Positions 35,628 to 48,200 of a stretch of 64,000 bases of DNA are shown here, one piece after another (the stretch's first letter is position 1; every line of letters starts with the position of its first letter). A program made the translations under genes and the position numbers. Location of the stretch: assembly GCA_002269645.1 (NCBI GenBank), contig NIVC01000506.1:310001-374000 (forward strand). Reading direction: 5' to 3'. This DNA is from Macrostomum lignano (Eukaryota). Under the pieces are notes generated by a model that was not told the DNA's origin, made no database searches, and saw only the letters and a list, made by a program, of their open reading frames with translations.

Positions 35628-37531
35628 AATTTCAGGTTCAAGGTCAAGTCAAGTCCTAAACAAGATAATAAACAGAGGCCCAGTACAGCATGGCGCCAAA
35701 GGGGTTGTTACGGTACATGCGGCGCCAGATATATTCCTCGAGATTGGCCTCAAAAAGTGCATTGCTTGTTCCGTGCATGGCCTGCAGGCATGGCCAGGGC
35801 CCATGTCCCCTTGATGCAGTTTGTGTGCACCATTGGGTTAGGCCTAGCCAGATATACAAAGTGTAGATAAAGTGTAGCTGAAAGGGTTGTGGTAAGAGTA
35901 CAGATGCAAGAAAATACATAAAATTAATATAATGAAGTAAAGTAGAATTATGAAATAATATAACAAAGTAAACTAGAACTATGCCCTTTATTTCTTGCAG
36001 TTTTATCATTCTAGAAATCAACCAAGTGTCTGGCAAAAGTTTCAAAAGAATTATAAAATTGGAAGTAGCCCCTACTTAATGTCAGTTAAAGTTCAACAAG
36101 GCTATACAATCCTATTCTTCTATACAATAGGCCTACATTCTATTTAGAATTGATTTAATTTTTTTTTCAATTGCATGTCATATAAGCATAAGTTTTTAAA
36201 GTTTAGGCTAATGCTAATGCTTACTGCCTAAAACTAGGCATAATATGAATAACGGATTATACAGCCAGAGTAGACCTAGGCCTATGTTATGTTAAATGCA
36301 CGTTGCACCTGAATTCAAAAAGGTTTAAAAGATGACACATCACGTCACGTCACATCGAATGTCTCCAAACATAATGATAACAAAAAAGAGTAATGAAGAA
36401 ACAAATTTAGCGTAAGACCAGACACAAAATATGAAAACCAGGAAGCAAAAACTTGGAAAACAGAACAGACAGCCGACAGGCTGCAGCGGTGCAGCCTGTC
36501 TGCAGCAGCTCTAAGCGTGAAAACTGAAAAACCTTAATTTGAAAAGTAATTGAAATTGAAATTGAAATCAAAAAGGCATAAAAAGACATTCCTAGAAATG
36601 CATAGTAGTTAAAACAAATTAAATGCTGGATACGAAGATCCATTCGCTATTGTATAATGAAAATTCATAAGAGGGCTAGATAGTGACTGAATATTTAAAC
36701 TGTGACTGATCAACTTTTAAAACAGAATGACTAGTAGAATTCTGCCTGCAAATATATTCCAGTCGTCAAGAACTGCAGTTGCTTTAATGCTCTCCGCATG
36801 CTTCAGTATTAAATCTGATCCCCTGGGCCAGACAACAGACATCAGACGGGCTCGAGCACTTAATATGTAGCTGACAGATTTGACAGGGACTACTCAATTC
36901 TGTAGAATTGAGTAGTTCCTGAGATTTGACTGCACCTTAGATTCGTATTTGTGCCTATAGAGTAAAATAGCCTGCTTAAAAGATAAAATAAATTACAGTT
37001 CAGACAAAATATTACTGCAGTTTTCTTGCTTTAATTCTAGTTGACTTTATGCTCGTACGTACCACCTGGATCTAGATCTTGCTAGACCAGGGGTCGGCAA
37101 CCTTTTTCTACTCGAGTGCCAGATTGAGGTTTTCAGTCCATGCAAGACCACGGGCTAGGGGGGCGCACCCAGGGCCGAGGGGGGCAGGGGGCGGTTCCCC
37201 CCTCCCTGCGCGGAGACCTGAAGAAAGTCAGAGGGACCAAGCGAATTTTTGCCACAATACAGAGGGGTTACAGTCATTTCGGCGAAAGTTAGGTATTCAT
37301 TTTAATTTTTACTCGAGGGCCTGCAGATTGAGGTCTTCAGTCTATGCACATACTAATTACTATTGTAATTACTAATTACTGAATATACTAATTAGTCATC
37401 TCTACGAAAGTGGGGTATTCGAACGGCGGGAACTTTCACAAATCATTAACCGACCGAATCACGTTATTATTTTTACTTTGTGACGGTAGTGTTTGTACAT
37501 ACATGTATGTATACTGGTAGACTATCTGTAA

Positions 37532-38042
<511 letters not shown>

Positions 38043-38609
38043 GCACGCAAAATCGATATATGAATAGCTATAAATTCTAACACGAGTTAGATGTGTAAAA
38101 GCGTGCATTAAACGCGCTAAAAGTGTGCTTAAACGGTTTGCGATCGCATATTGGCTAGTGTCCATTGGCTAGAATGTACGGCTCATATACATGTACATGG
38201 ATAAATAATATAACTGGATCGCCAAAAGCTCGATTTATTGGTCCTAGCCATAGACAAGCACCAGCATCACAAAGAAGCTCAAAATGGGATCACAACTCGT
38301 ACGTGACACGAGAACGGCATTCGATTCGATCGGAGCTTCTTGTTTTTCTGGCTTAAGTGGTCTGTGGCCACTCGTGCGCTATGGTGTGCCAAGGAGTTCT
38401 ATAAGTAGCAACCTGGAGCGGAAGCGAGTTTTACCTCATGAGGCCACGCCAATAGTAAAGATAAGGAGCCAGCACTGAATGTCTATGGCTCTCTCTGCCT
38501 CTGCAGTATATCGGTTTACTCGGTTATACTCGGTTATACTAGCTAGTCTAGAAGTCCTTGGTCTCATCAAGCACTGATTAATACTAAAACGGCTGCTTGA
38601 CGGTCAGCT

Positions 38610-39845
38610 ATGCGAGCTCTCTGCAATCGGAGAAGTCTCATCTGCTCACAAAGAGACAGAGGAGGCACATGTTTCCGCCTGTCAATCAAACTCCCATTTC
38701 TGAGTGGCTTGTGCGTCGGAGCTGTGGTCACCTTCGCGCTGTTTAGTCTGTACAACAACAATCGAGCCATAATGTCGAACAGTTACGATCAAAAGCCAAT
38801 GCGGATGCATGAAAATACAATTTATTCAAGTTCTTCAGCTGCTAAAATCGGGCTGCCAAAAACGCTGCAGCGCTACGAATTTAATGAGAATTACAAGGAA
38901 TTGTTCCGCAGCATGGATGAGTCTATGTACCGCTTCGACAGACAGGGCGTGCTGCTGCTGCTCATGCGGCTCTCCAAGGACGAGGAGAACTGGGCGTACC
39001 GAGCAGCAGCTGGCAGGGCTTGGATCCGCAGCCAGTCGGTGGTGGTAGCAGCCACGGTGCGCAACGGCATGGCCGGCCTACCGAGCACCATGCATTACGT
39101 TCAGCGCCTCAGAGCTCTGTTCAATGAGTCCTGGGTGGTGATGGTGGAAAACGAATCGACAGACTTGACCCGCAGCTTCTTGTACAACATGACGTTGACT
39201 GATCCCAACATGTGGCTGCTGGGCTGCGGCCGGATCAACTCCCCGCTGCCGTGCAAGACCAACTACCGACACAGCACCGGGCGCGAGCACCGGCCCGGTC
39301 CGTATCACTACCGCAGCTTCGCGGAGGAGGTCGAGCGCGGCTTGATGATGTCCGCCCTGCGCAACATGTACATGGACTACATCTACGATCACCTGGCCGA
39401 TCGAGCAACGTTTCTGTTGATAATGGATCCGGACATCAGCTGGAAAGAGTGGGATCTGGACAGCATCACCCAGGGACTTTACTACTTTGCGGCCAAGCCT
39501 AAGCTGCAACAGCTGTGCGCGCATTCCACCTTCAACACCCACCTGTACGACCCGTGCACGCTGAGCTTCTACTCGAACAAGCACTTCGGCGAGGACAGAA
39601 AGTACCCGGTGGTCGACTACGAGAAGTCGGTTCGGTTCGCGCCGCGCAGCCTGCCGCCGGTGAAGGTGGGGAGCTGCTTCCAGGCCGTGTCGTTCTACCG
39701 GATGTCGGCTCTGGCGCCCCGCAGGCTGCGCTATCGACGCAGTCCTGGCGAGTGGATTTGCGAGCACAACACGCTCTCCCGGCAGCTGGACGAGGTGTAC
39801 ATCGACCCGCAGATGCGGCTGAATGTCAGCTCGGAAAATTCTTGA
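38610..39845 (+). CDS. Intronless type II membrane GT-A-fold glycosyltransferase (CAP59/GT69-like or GT2-related), 411 aa
   Basis: Single N-terminal TM (FLSGLCVGAVVTFALFSLY) and a stem. Catalytic region with ATVRN, VMVENESTDLTR, MSALRNMY, LIMDPD (DxD), LYDP, PVKVGSCF, ICEH, YIDP. GC-rich codon pattern over the catalytic part. Confidence 0.75.
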   Translation: MRALCNRRSLICSQRDRGGTCFRLSIKLPFLSGLCVGAVVTFALFSLYNNNRAIMSNSYDQKPMRMHENTIYSSSSAAKIGLPKTLQRYEFNENYKELFRSMDESMYRFDRQGVLLLLMRLSKDEENWAYRAAAGRAWIRSQSVVVAATVRNGMAGLPSTMHYVQRLRALFNESWVVMVENESTDLTRSFLYNMTLTDPNMWLLGCGRINSPLPCKTNYRHSTGREHRPGPYHYRSFAEEVERGLMMSALRNMYMDYIYDHLADRATFLLIMDPDISWKEWDLDSITQGLYYFAAKPKLQQLCAHSTFNTHLYDPCTLSFYSNKHFGEDRKYPVVDYEKSVRFAPRSLPPVKVGSCFQAVSFYRMSALAPRRLRYRRSPGEWICEHNTLSRQLDEVYIDPQMRLNVSSENS

Positions 39846-40794
39846 GACTTCGTATTGATGTACTTTGCAAATTGCTAGATTTTTAGACATTTTGCCGTTC
39901 AAATGGTTGATTGGAATTTTCAGGCCAAATAGAAAAATCAAAGTCAATAGCCCTCTCTGCAAATTTACGACTGACTTTTCTTGGCGATTGTAAAATTAAA
40001 CTTGCGAATATTAGAAAGAAGTTCATCTCATCATTGCATGGGAAAAGTGCATTCGACAGCAATTAATATTTTATACTCAGCTCAGCAACAGCTCAACCCC
40101 TCTTTGACTTCCTCTGCGGTCAAATGAGATTAAAAGTTGTTCAGACCTGCTTTGAACGATCTGTGCACTACTACATGTACATGTATTTAGCGGCAATGTG
40201 CAGAGCCGGCCCTTATGGTGAGTCATGCCAATGGGATGGCATTGGATAAACTTTTTTGGCGAGTTAAAGCGGGGGGGGGTTGCCTCCTGTTGAGTTTCCG
40301 ATATTTTTAATATCATTGCTAACACGGACAATTTCTCGAGGTACTCCTACATAGAGAGGCTTCGCAGGTAGGAAGTTGCTCTCAAGACGAGTTTTTCAAG
40401 CGACACTACCCACCCCCACACAGGGCATCATAAGAGCATCGCTGAAGATCCCGAAAGCAGAAACATCAGATTAAAGCAGGGGGCGCATTTATGCAACAAT
40501 GATAGTGAATTTTTGGTGTACACACTCGAATGCTTACAATGCTTTTTATTTCCAATATGATGCAATAAACATAAGTTTATAAATGATTAAATATATATTA
40601 CCAAGTGGGTAGCTAGCTACTGAAAGTACGACCGCGAGAGCATTTGATTTTCGCACACAAAAATTCAATAAGGATTTCTAGACGGTGCTGCGTTGGCAAA
40701 ATTCGCGTCTGGCAGCACAGAAGGACAGAAAGCTGCGACCTGTTGAAAAAGGCCGCCGCAAGAGGTGCTCAGCGCTTTGCGGCAAACATTGATT

Positions 40795-41445
40795 AGCTGG
40801 GCCACGCTAACAGCAGGGAATTACCCTCACCCAGTCAGCTGGGCCACGCTAACAGCAGGGAATTACCCAGTCAGCTGGACCACGCTAACAGCAGGGAATT
40901 ACCCTCACCCAGTCAGCTGGGCCACGCTAACAGCAGGGAATTACCCTCACCCAGTCAGCTGGGCCACGCTAACAGCAGGGAATTACCCTCACCCAGTCAG
41001 CTGGGCCACGCTAACAGCAGGGAATTACCCTCACCCAGTCAGCTGGGCCACGCTAACAGCAGGGAATTAGCTGCACCCAGTCAGCTGGGCCACGCTAACA
41101 GCAGGGAATTACCCAGTCAGCTGGGCCACGCTAACAGCAGGGAATTACCCAGTCAGCTGGGCCACGCTAACAGCAGGGAATTACCCAGTCAGCTGGGCCA
41201 CGCTAACAGCAGGGAATTACCCAGTCAGCTGGGCCACGCTAACAGCAGGGAATTACCCAGTCAGCTGGGCCACGCTAACAGCAGGGAATTACCCAGTCAG
41301 CTGGGCCACGCTAACAGCAGGGAATTACCCAGTCAGCTGGGCCACGCTAACAGCAGGGAATTACCCAGTCAGCTGGGCCACGCTAACAGCAGGGAATTAC
41401 CCGCACCCAGTCAGCTGGACCACGCCAACAGCAGGGAATAAGCCG
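40795..41445. repeat. 36/42-bp minisatellite (cagtcagctgggccacgctaacagcagggaattacc[ctcacc])
   Basis: 42-bp units followed by 36-bp units; lies between the convergent GT and CHD1 3' ends. Confidence 0.95.
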
Positions 41446-42243
41446 CACAGATGCAGGGGAGGCTGAGGTCTCTCCAGAAGCAGTTAAGCTAGCAGGCGCA
41501 AGAAGGGCTGGGCTGGTCACGCACTCCAGTCAAACAGTGCTATATACATGTGCATTCTCAATCTCCAATGCAGAATTTGCATAATACAGTTCAGCGCAAT
41601 AAAGATAACGCATCAGGTTTTAAATTTATTTAATTTGACTGCAAAATAAAATGAACAATTATTTTAACCAGCTTGATACTGCAAGCACAGCAACAATCGG
41701 GGAGGAGGGACTGCAGGGGACTTAGGTATTTTATGAACCCCGTAGCGTAACGGTGGACATCCGGGACCAATGCAGAAAGCGCACAATTTCACTCAAGTAC
41801 AAGTGGGGTGTCGCTGGTTCAGCGGCTCCAATCAGTTCGAAGAAAGATGAAATAAAAGCAGACAAATTAATAGAAGACAAACAAGCAACTAACATGGCAA
41901 CCGAGAGGAAACAACGAACTCATATAAATAAAGAATCGATTTGTCAAATTGGAAAGCGAAGCAGCGGCTGGGGGGGGACACAACTGGCAGACAGACCGAC
42001 TGCTGCAGAGACTGTTGTCAAAGTTATATCAAGAAACGCAAGGCCGCGCAGTGCAGTGTAGTCCGCTATGCAAGAGGAACATTCTGCTGTCGGCAGTGGG
42101 AAAGCACCAAATCTTCTAAATTTAGGCAGAATCTCGGCCAGCCAATCCGAGCCAGATTTGGGCGGGGGCTGCGAGGTGGAGCAGAGAGAAAGCGCTGGGG
42201 CTCTGGTGAGTCGGGCTGCTGGTCAGTAGTCAGCAGCGAGTAG

Positions 42244-45200
42244 TCAGTAGTGCTTGCCGCCGGGCTGCGATGGCCGCCTGTTGTAGGCGTTATTGAATGC
42301 CGAGGAGGCGCTGTTGGAGTCCGCGCGCTTCACGCGAGCATCTGAGCGATGCTGATGTTGGCGATGGCCGTGATGCTGGTGGTGGTGATGATGATGATGA
42401 TGGTGCTGCTTGTTGGCTTTGGCCTCCTTGCGGTGCTTTTTGTACAGCCGGTGCAGCTCCGAGTGTGACAGCTCGGTGAAGTAGGACACAAAAGTCCACA
42501 GCCGGTTGCGCCAGGCGCGGATCTCGTCTGGCTGGCGGAACTGCCGGATCTCGTGGCCGATGTGGCTGCCGATCTTCAGCAGGTGCGCCCCGATCAGGTT
42601 GCCGTCTCGGTCCGCCTCGCAGTCCTGCAGCCGCTTCAGCGTCTTCTTCAGCGGCCGCATGTGCTCTTTGCAGGCGTTGAACACGGACTCCGGCAGGCGC
42701 TGCTCCTCGGCGTCGCCTCCGGGCTTCCCTGCGGCCTGCTTGCCCGGCTTCTTCTGCTGCTGCTGCTGCGGCTGCTGCTGCTCCTTGGACTTGACCGGCT
42801 GGCCGCTCTTTTGCTGCTTCTTTGGATGCTGCTGCTGCTTGGACTTGTGAATGGACACCGGCTGCCGGTTGGCCGTGATGTGCAGCGCCCGGGAGCCGCT
42901 GGCCGCCGGAGAATTCGAGCGCGACTGGGCAGCGGATGAGCTGGACGATGAGTCGGAGGAGTCAACGAACTCTTTTGAGATCGGCTGCTGCTGCTGGTGC
43001 TGTTGCTGCTGCTGCTGCTGCTGCTGCTGGCTTTGGTCCTTGCCTGCCGCGCCGACCGATGCGCCCGACGGCTTCGAGCGCCGACCGCCGCCACCGCTGA
43101 CGGCGCCCGCGCTTCCAGCAGCTCCACCGGCGCCGGTGCCGCCCTCCTGATGCCGCTGCAGCATCTTCAGCAGGTAGTCGGTCCTGACGGGGGAGGTTGG
43201 GGTTGGAGTTGAGGTTGAGTCAGACTCCGCCCAGCTGATGTCACATCCCAGTCATGCGAAAAGGGTGAGGGTCACACTACAAACCTGGTGCGCAGATGGG
43301 CAGCCTGAGGCTTCAAGTTGTGGTCCCTCAGGATCTTGGCTCGCAGGCCCAGGTCCGGGTCGTCCTTGATAGCGTCCCAGCTGTCCATGCCGAACTCGTA
43401 CACGCCAATCAGCAAGTTCGAGTCGTCAATCTCGTCCCACACGCAGTCCCAGGTGACAGTCTTGGTGTAGAAGGGCACCCTGTACTTCCGGCGCGCCTCC
43501 CTGTCTGCTGGCATCTCCCTGTGCAGCGGGGCGAGGTCCTTCTGCGACTGCAGCAGCGGCCGGGCCTGGATCACCACCCGGCCGAGCGTGAAGGACGGCG
43601 CGCTGGGCTTCGCCGAAGCCTCCTCGCCTGTCGCGAACGTGGCAGCCTTGGCGACGGCCCGCTCGCAGCCCTGCAGGATGGCTTCGACCAGGCGGCGGAC
43701 CTCCGTCTCCGACTTCTCCTGCAGCTCCGCCTCCTCCACCACGCTGTCCAGCCGGTCCAGCGGGCTGGCGAACTTGCGCATCGCCTTGGCCAGGGCGCGG
43801 ATCTCGCGGTCCGACAGCTCCTCCTCGTCCTCGGCGCCCACGTTCAGCGGCTTGACCTGCGGGGGCGTTGACATGACAAAAAGTAAGGCAAACCTGACTG
43901 AGTGTCAGACTGTCTGACTGACTGTCTGACTGACTGCCTGACTGACTGACTGACTGACTGACTGACTGCCTGCCTGCCTGACTGCCTGACTGACTGACTG
44001 ACTGACTGCCTGCCTGCCTGACTGCCTGACTGACTGACTGCCTCGCTGACCTGCTTGCGCTGTCGCGGCCCCAGCTCGAGCTGCAGCAGACGCTCCTCGG
44101 CCTCCTCCTGCTCGATGCGGCGCCGACTCTCCTCGGGGATGATCTCCTCCCAGGTCTTGCTGGCCGCCGGCTCCGCTGACTGCCCGGCGGAGTCCCCGGC
44201 AGCCGTGGCCGTCGCTTGGCCTTTGCGCCTGCCGGAGGGCCCGCCGCCGGACATGATGATCTCCGTGTCCTCAAGGTTCTCCAGGTTCACCACCTGCGGG
44301 CGGATTGGCAAAAGCAGGTTGTTAAAGAGAATCTTGATGAAAAGCTCGGCTGAGCACATGTCTGGGTGGACAATATCCTGCTAGAGTTCGAACCAAGGAC
44401 CACTGTTAGTATTATAAGAGGACGTAAAATTTTGAAGCCAGTTTCTTGAAAAAAATCCGTATTTTTACAATGCAGTTGTTTCAGGCGGATTTTACTAGTG
44501 GTCCTTGGTTCGAGTCGGAAAGCTTTTCACACTCCTAAGAACTCCCATCTCCCAAGCTCTAAGTTTGTCTATGGCTAAGGCTACGAGCATGTACAGAACG
44601 GCATAGCAACCACGAGCGACAGGTTCCAACCTTGAACTGCGACAGCAGCTCCTCGGCAGCTGCGGAGGTTGGCTGCAGCTCCTCGCGAGTCTCAGCGCTG
44701 CGCAGAATGGCGTCCAGGTCCACCTCGGCCTCGGACTCCTCGCCCTCCTTCTCGCGGAACAGGTCTGCGGCGCCGAACTTGAGGATGGCGGACAGTTCGT
44801 CCTTGGAGAAGGCGGGGTTGCCGGCGTCGCCTGGCTGACGCAGGCGGCCCGTGGTGTCCATGCGCTGAATGACCAGATGGTCCAGCACCATCTTCTGCTT
44901 GGCCCGTTCGATGATGTCCTCCTCTACTGTGGCGCGGAGCACCAGGCGGTAGACCCGCACCTGGCGCGTCTGGCCGATGCGGTGGCACCTGGAAAATTGG
45001 AACGGATTTGGGATGTTTAGCTTTCGGTTGAGGATGTTTAGCCTCCGGTTGAGGATGTTTAGCTTCCGGTTGGGATGTTTAGCTTCCGGTTGGGGTGCGG
45101 TTGCTTGCGTAAACTGACCGAGGCAAACTTTTATTCAAGCATCGAAGACCCACCTGGCCATCGCCTGCAGGTCATTCTGCGGGTTCCAGTCGCTGTCGAA

Positions 45201-48200
45201 GATGACCACGGTGTCAGCCGAGGCTAAGTTGACGCCGAGGCCGCCAGCTCGGGTGGACAGCAGGAAGCAGAAGTCCTGCGAACTCTCCGCATTGAAGGCA
45301 TCAAGCGCCTGTTTGCGGGCCTCGCCGAGAATGGTGCCGTCCAGTCGCTGGAAGGCCCAGTTGCGCAACGACAGGTACTCGGCCAGCACATCCAGCATCA
45401 TCACCATCTGGGAGAAGATCAGAACCCGGTGCCCGCCGGCTCGCAGATTCCACAGCAGCTTGTCCAGCAGCAGCATTTTGCCCGAGCCCCTGATGAGGCT
45501 CTCCAGCCTCTCGCAGCGGTCCGTGAGCTGCGGCGGCTCCTGCACCAGAAAGGTGTGGTTGCAGCACTTCTTCAGTTCCATGATCAGGTTGAGGAAGGCG
45601 TTGGGCTTGTTCAGCATCTTGTAGTTCCTGCGGGGCGATAGGGGTGCGGTGAGTTTGAATTTGGGCTCTGATTTATGCGAGATTCTCAGGTAGATTTATG
45701 CGAGATTCTCAGGTAGATTTATGCGAGATTCTCAGGTAGATTTATGCGACATTGTCAGGTAGATTTATGCGAGATTCTCAGGTAGATTTATGCGAGATTC
45801 TCAGGTAGATTTATGCGACATTGTCAGGTAGATTTATGCGAGATTCTCAGGTAGATTTATGCGAGATTCTCAGGTAGATTTATGCGAGATTCTCAGGTAG
45901 ATTTATGCGAGATTCTCAGGTAGATTTATGCGAGATTGTCAGGTAGATTTATGCGAGATTGTCAGGTAGATTTATGCGAGATTGTCAGGTAGATTTATGC
46001 GAGATTCTCAGGTAGATTTATGCGAGATTCTCAGGTAGATTTATGCGAGATTGTCAGGTAGATTTATGCGAGATTGTCAGGTAGATTTATGCGAGATTGT
46101 CAGGTAGATTTATGCGAGATTGTCAGGTAGATTTATGCGAGATTGTCAGGTAGATTTATGCGACATTGTCAGGTAGATTTATGCGACATTGTCAGGTAGA
46201 TTTATGCGACATTGTCAGGTAGATTTATGCGAGATTCTAAGGTAGATTTATGCGAGATTCTCAGGTAGATTTATGCGAGATTCTCAGGTAGATTTATGCG
46301 AGATTCTCAGGTAGATTTATGCGAGATTCTCAGGTAGATTTATGCGAGATTCTCAGGTAGATTTATGCGAGATTCTCAAAGTAGATTTATGCGAGATTCT
46401 CAGGTAGATTTATGCGAGATTCTCAAAGTAGATTTATGCGAGATTCTCAGATATATTTGTGAGATTCTCAGGTAGATTTATGCGAGATTCTCAGGTAGAT
46501 TTATGCGAGATTCTCAAAGTAGATTTATGCGAGATTCTCAGGTAGATTTATGCGAGATTCTCAAAGTAGATTTATGCGAGATTCTCAGATATATTTGTGA
46601 GATTCTCAGGTAGATTTATGCGAGATTCTCAGGTAGATTTATGCGACATTGTCAGGTAGATTTATGCGAGATTCTCAGGTAGATTTATGCGAGATTCTCA
46701 GGTAGATTTATGCGACATTGTCAGGTAGATTTATGCGAGATTCTCAGGTAGATTTATGCGAGATTCTCAGGTAGATTTATGCGAGATTCTCAGGTAGATT
46801 TATGCGAGATTCTCAGGTAGATTTATGCGAGATTCTCAGGTAGATTTATGCGAGATTGTCAGGTAGATTTATGCGAGATTGTCAGGTAGATTTATGCGAG
46901 ATTCTCAGGTAGATTTATGCGAGATTCTCAGGTAGATTTATGCGAGATTGTCAGGTAGATTTATGCGAGATTGTCAGGTAGATTTATGCGAGATTCTCAG
47001 GTAGATTTATGTGAGATTCTCAGGTAGATTTATGCGAGTTTCTCAGGTAGATTTATGCGAGATTCTCAGGTAGATTTCTGCGAGATTCTCAGGTAGATTT
47101 ATGTGAGATTCTCAGTTAAACTCGGAGATCAATAAGTTAATTATCCTTCAGTAGGGCTGAACGTGACCCAGTGCCTCACCGAGTCAGAATCCATTTATAA
47201 TACTGCTTCTGTTGGCGGCTCATCTCCACGCGCAGGATGCTCTCAGTTTTGGGCGGCAGGCTTTTCTCCACATCCTTTTTCACCCGGCGCAGCAGGTACG
47301 GCTCCAGCAGCTTGTGCAGGCCTTCAAATCCTTTGTTATTGTCGCCGTGGTCCTCCTCGAAGTCCGGCCAACTGTGGAATGTGTCGGGCTGGATAAAGTG
47401 CAGCAGGGCCCACAGCTCGCGCAGGCTGTTCTGCAGCGGAGTGCCCGTGACCAGCAGGCGAGTGTTGGTCTTGAAGTCGATCAGAGTCTTGTACAGCAGG
47501 CTGTCGTCATTCTTCAGGCGGTGCGCTTCGTCAACGCCAAGGAGGGCCCAGGAGACGGCGCCAAGCCAGCCGCGGTCCTTCAGCAGGATCTCGTAGGTGG
47601 TCAGGCACACGTTGAATTTGAGACGCCTGTTCACCTGAATAGATGGGTTGGATTGCAGCTGTTGGCCGCCTGCCTCAGTCCTTTAGATGGGTAATGGGAA
47701 TTGCTCAGAGTGCCTGTGGCTCAGGGGGAATTGCTCAGATGGCCTGTAGCTGGAGGGGGAATTGCTCAGATGGCCTGTGGCTGGAGGGGGAATTGCTCAG
47801 AGTGCCTGTGGTTCAGGGGTAATTGCTCAGATGGCCTGTGGCTGGAGGGGGAATAGCTTAGATGGCCTGTGGCTGGAGGGGGAATAGCTTAGATGGCCTG
47901 CGGCTGGAGGGGGAATTGCTCAGATGGCCTGTGGCTCAGGGGGAATTGCTCAGATGGCCTGCGGCTCAGGGGGAATTGCTCAGATGGCCTGTGGCTGGAG
48001 GGGGAATAGCTTAGATGGCCTGTGGCTGGAGGGGGAATTGCTCAGATGGTCTGTGGTTCAGGGGCAATTGCTCAGATGGCCTGTGGCTGGAGGGGGAATT
48101 GCTCAGATGGCCTGTGGCTGGAGGGGGAATAGCTTAGATGGCCTGTGGCTGGAGGGGGAATTGCTCAGATGGTCTGTGGCTCAGGGGCAATTGCTCAGAT

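Noticed and set aside
37085-37345. hAT-like end (cagggtcggcaacc) with an internal direct repeat
   Set aside because: No matching opposite TIR or TSD was found; too partial to annotate.
39078-39962. 294-aa antisense ORF opposite the glycosyltransferase, and similar antisense ORFs over CHD1, the LINE and the RTE
   Set aside because: Shadow ORFs caused by GC-rich codon usage; no recognisable domains.
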